DNA of 64,000 bases, taken from NCBI GenBank assembly GCA_963820825.1, contig CAWGBN010000007.1, forward strand, positions 128,001 to 192,000. Reading direction: 5' to 3'. The notes beneath the pieces are model-generated. The model was not told where the DNA came from. It worked only from the letters and a program-made list of their open reading frames with translations, and made no database searches. The position numbers and the translations under genes are program-made. The stretch is from Vulcanimicrobiota bacterium (GTDB lineage Bacteria > Vulcanimicrobiota > Vulcanimicrobiia > Vulcanimicrobiales > Vulcanimicrobiaceae). Below, piece after piece: positions 60,913-64,000 of this stretch (position 1 is its first letter; the number at the start of each line of letters is the position of its first letter).

Positions 60913-62585
60913 TACTCGCGCATGACTTGATGAACGAACGAGATCGCAATCGAACCTTCGCCGACCGCCGACGCGACGCGCTTGATGCTCTCGCTGCGAA
61001 TATCGCCGACGGCAAAGACGCGCGGGAGACTCGTTTCGAAGAGGTATGGCGAGCGCAAGAGCGGCCAGTTCGCCGTACTCAGATCCTCGGGCGAGAGCTG
61101 CGGCCCGGTCTTGACGAATCCTTTTGAATCGAGCGCGACGCACCCTTCGAGCCATGCACTGTTCGGCGCACCGCCGGTCATCACGAAGACGTGGCGTATC
61201 TCGTGCTGCTCGCTCTCGCCGGTTTGATTGTTTCGCCAGCGCACCGATTCGAGATGATCCTCGCCGGTGAGCTCGGCGATCTCGGTGTGCGGGTGCAGAA
61301 CGATATTCGACGTCTCTTCGATACGCCGGGCGAGATAGCGCGACATGGTCGCGGCGAGTCCGTCACCCCGAATCAACACGTGCACGCGCGTGCAGGATTT
61401 TGAAAGGAAGACCGCCGCCTGCCCGGCGGAGTTGGCCCCGCCGATGACGGCGACGTCCTCGTCGCAGCAGAGTTGCCGCTCGATCTCGGTCGCGCCGTAA
61501 TAGACGCCGGCGCACTCGAACTGGTCCAGCTTCGCAACGTCGAGCTTTCGGTACTGAACGCCGGTTGCGATCACGATGTTCCGCGTTTGAATGCGCGCGC
61601 CGTCGCTCGTCTCGACCGCATACGGCTGACGATCGCACCGTAGGCGCGCACTCGTCGCGGTGAGCAGCTGCGCGCCGAACTTCTCCGCTTGAGCGTAAGC
61701 CCGATCCGCGAGCTCTTCGCCGGAGATCCCGTTGGGGAAGCCCAAATAGTTTTCGATTCGCGAGCTCGATCCGGCCTGACCGCCCGGAGAGCCCGTCTCG
61801 ACGACGAGCACGTCGAGCCCCTCCGAGGCACCGTAGACCGCCGCCGCTAATCCCGACGGCCCCGCTCCGACGATCACGAGATCGCGAATCTGCTCGAGGC
61901 TGATCGATTCGTTGAATCCCAGGCACTTCGCAATTTCTTGGTTCGAAGGATTCCGCAGCGCGGCCTGACCGCGACAGATCACGACCGGAATATCTTCGGG
62001 CGTGAAATGGAAGCTCTCCATGAAGCCTTGGACGTCCGGATCGCGGTCGAGGTCGAGATAAGCAAAGGGATAGGCGTTGCGCCGAAAAAACTCTCGGATC
62101 CGTAGCGTATCCTTCGAATGAAGCGACCCGATGAGCGCGACGTCGCCGATCTCCGATCGAACCAAGCCGGCTCGGCGCAGGGTAAAGGCCCGCATGATGA
62201 TTTCGCCGAGCTCGGCGTCGCCTTGCACGAGCGCGATCAAGTTCTGACGGTTGACTTCGATCGCCTCACCCGGCTTGGTCACGCGAATCCGAAACAACGC
62301 CGGCCGCCCGACGAGCAGATTCACCTCGCCGGTAAACTGCCCCGGCCCGGTCACGCTCACCAAGTTTTCCGCATTGGTATTCGGCATCGGCCAGACGGTA
62401 TGAAGCTCGCCGGTTCGTATCAGAAGGAAGGGAAATGCCGTATCGCCTTGCTCGACCAGCACCTCGCCTTCGTGCAACGTACGCACGTGCCCCCGGGCCG
62501 CGACCCGCGACATTCGTGCCTCGTCCAGAGTCGGAAAGACGAGCTCAGGCGGGCCGGTGAACTTCACTTCTCGAGTCAGCGCCAT
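60912..62585 (-). CDS. cNMP-binding-domain thioredoxin-reductase-like flavoprotein
   Basis: N-terminal cNMP domain (GPGQFTGE); GAGPSG, SRIENYLGFP, GGANSAGQAA, FAVGD.R..S.KRVASAVGEG. Confidence 0.9.
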   Translation of the reverse strand: MALTREVKFTGPPELVFPTLDEARMSRVAARGHVRTLHEGEVLVEQGDTAFPFLLIRTGELHTVWPMPNTNAENLVSVTGPGQFTGEVNLLVGRPALFRIRVTKPGEAIEVNRQNLIALVQGDAELGEIIMRAFTLRRAGLVRSEIGDVALIGSLHSKDTLRIREFFRRNAYPFAYLDLDRDPDVQGFMESFHFTPEDIPVVICRGQAALRNPSNQEIAKCLGFNESISLEQIRDLVIVGAGPSGLAAAVYGASEGLDVLVVETGSPGGQAGSSSRIENYLGFPNGISGEELADRAYAQAEKFGAQLLTATSARLRCDRQPYAVETSDGARIQTRNIVIATGVQYRKLDVAKLDQFECAGVYYGATEIERQLCCDEDVAVIGGANSAGQAAVFLSKSCTRVHVLIRGDGLAATMSRYLARRIEETSNIVLHPHTEIAELTGEDHLESVRWRNNQTGESEQHEIRHVFVMTGGAPNSAWLEGCVALDSKGFVKTGPQLSPEDLSTANWPLLRSPYLFETSLPRVFAVGDIRSESIKRVASAVGEGSIAISFVHQVMRE

Positions 62586-62683
62586 TTCGTGAACCGCTTT
62601 CTAACGAAGCCGCGGGTCCACCCTGCGGGTGAGGTGAATTGCCCCCGGCCGCGAAACGTCCCGGCCTCGGAGGTAACGGCACA

Positions 62684-62920
62684 ATGGCAAACGACTCGCT
62701 CGACTTCGAAAGAGATATTCGCCCGATGTTCACCGATACGGACGTCGCTCACATGAAGCCGCTCGGCATCGATCTCTCTTCGGCCGCAGACGTGAAGCAG
62801 CACGCCGCAGCCATCTCCTCGACCGTCAGCGAAGGAACCATGCCGCCGCCAGGTTCGGGAGAGTCGCGCTGGTCACCCGAAATGTGCGACCGCTTCAAGC
62901 GTTGGATGGAACAAGGCTAA
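62684..62920 (+). CDS. Small hypothetical protein (cytochrome-c-like scaffold without CxxCH)
   Basis: GGAGG RBS; FERDIRPMF...DLSS...GTMPP...FKRW. Confidence 0.7.
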   Translation: MANDSLDFERDIRPMFTDTDVAHMKPLGIDLSSAADVKQHAAAISSTVSEGTMPPPGSGESRWSPEMCDRFKRWMEQG

Positions 62921-62927
62921 CCGCCAC

Positions 62928-64000
62928 GTGACGGCGATCATCGTCGTCTTTATCGCGATCATCGTTCTCGTCACGATCGCGAATCGGATCAACGTCGCGT
63001 ATCCGATCGTTCTCGTGCTCGGCGGGATGGCGATCGGCTACATCCCGGGCGTTCCGACTTTTCCGCTCCCGCCCGAGCTGGTCTTGGTCGTCTTCTTGCC
63101 CCCGCTGCTCTATTGGGAGAGCATCACCGCGCCCACGAGCGAGTTCCGAGCGGGCGCTTTTTGGATCTTCCAAATGGCCTTCGGATTGGTGATCATCACG
63201 ACGATCGTCGTCGCCGCGCTCGCGCATGCAATCGTGCCGGGCATGGGCTGGGGCGTCGCGTTCGTGCTCGGCGCGATCGTCTCGTCGACCGACGAGGTCG
63301 CATTTGCCGCGATTGCCGATCAGCTCAACGTGCCGCGGCACATCATCGGAACCATCGAGGGCGAGTCCCTCGTCAACGACGCGACATCGCTGATTCTCTA
63401 CGCCATCGGCATCGCGGCGGTCGTCGGCGCCTCTTTCTCGCTGCTGCACGCCGCGGGGGCTTTGGTTCTAACGATCTTCGGATCGGTCGTCCTCGGCCTT
63501 GCCGCTGCCGGACTCGCGGCTTTGGCGTGGCGCGTGCTTCAGAGACGAGACGTTGCAGGCCACGATCTCGGTGGTGGTTCCCTTTCTCGCCTACTTGCCG
63601 GCGTACTATCGTCGGCGCGTCGGGAGTGCTCGCGACGGTAACCGACCGGAGTCGTCGTCAGCCGCTTGTCGCCGCGCGTCTTGCAACCACGCGCGCGGGA
63701 GCTGCTAACCGGCTTCTGGGTGATCGTCGTCTTCTTGCTCAACGCCTTCATCTTCACCGAGGTCGGCATCCGCTTTCACGGATCGTTTCGGCGCTGCACG
63801 AATACTCTGCGTGGCAGCTGATTTGGTGGGGCTGCGCGGTCGCGCTAGCCTGCGTCGTGGTTCGTTTAGTCTGGACGTTCGCGCAAGGTCTGCTGCCGGT
63901 AACGAACGAGCCCGAACATGTCGCTGGCAAAGCCGATTGGTCGCACGTCGCCGCTCTTGGGGTGGACGGGAATGCGCGGCGGCGTTTCGCTCGCCGCGGC
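62928..64000 (+). CDS. CPA1 Na+/H+ antiporter, frameshifted, runs off the window
   Basis: FLPPLLY, GAIVSSTD, IEGESLVNDA; later frames give FLLNAFIF and GMRGGVSLAA. Confidence 0.88.

Overview
GC-rich, gene-dense bacterial chromosome segment with about 60 protein-coding genes. I see no rRNA, tRNA, CRISPR array, integrase or transposase. A TonB-dependent receptor indicates a diderm, and the style of the secreted Cys-rich lipoproteins suggests Ca. Eremiobacterota/Vulcanimicrobiota (inference only). Recognisable blocks: oppD/oppF and secG; a CYTH-like gene coupled to two short-chain chromate transporters; GerMN-amidase-murI; two in-frame half-CHAD ORFs; a catabolic region with two divergent Rieske oxygenases, a SolA-type oxidase, a VPS10/BNR protein, a Cys-rich TonB receptor and a PYROXD2-like oxidoreductase; a SigK/RskA-type ECF module with a secreted target gene sharing a promoter motif; a permease and VIT1; proline dehydrogenase; metC; mgtA; aqpZ; and a cNMP-TrxB...UBP zinc-finger run. 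Frameshifts cluster at about 0-1.6, 14.5-14.9, 34.6-40.2 and 63.5-64 kb and are probably long-read indel errors, so coordinates there are approximate. Best leads for an undescribed system: the Rieske/SolA/TBDR/PYROXD2 module, the SigK mini-regulon, and the CYTH-CHR and split-CHAD genes. None is proven novel from sequence alone.
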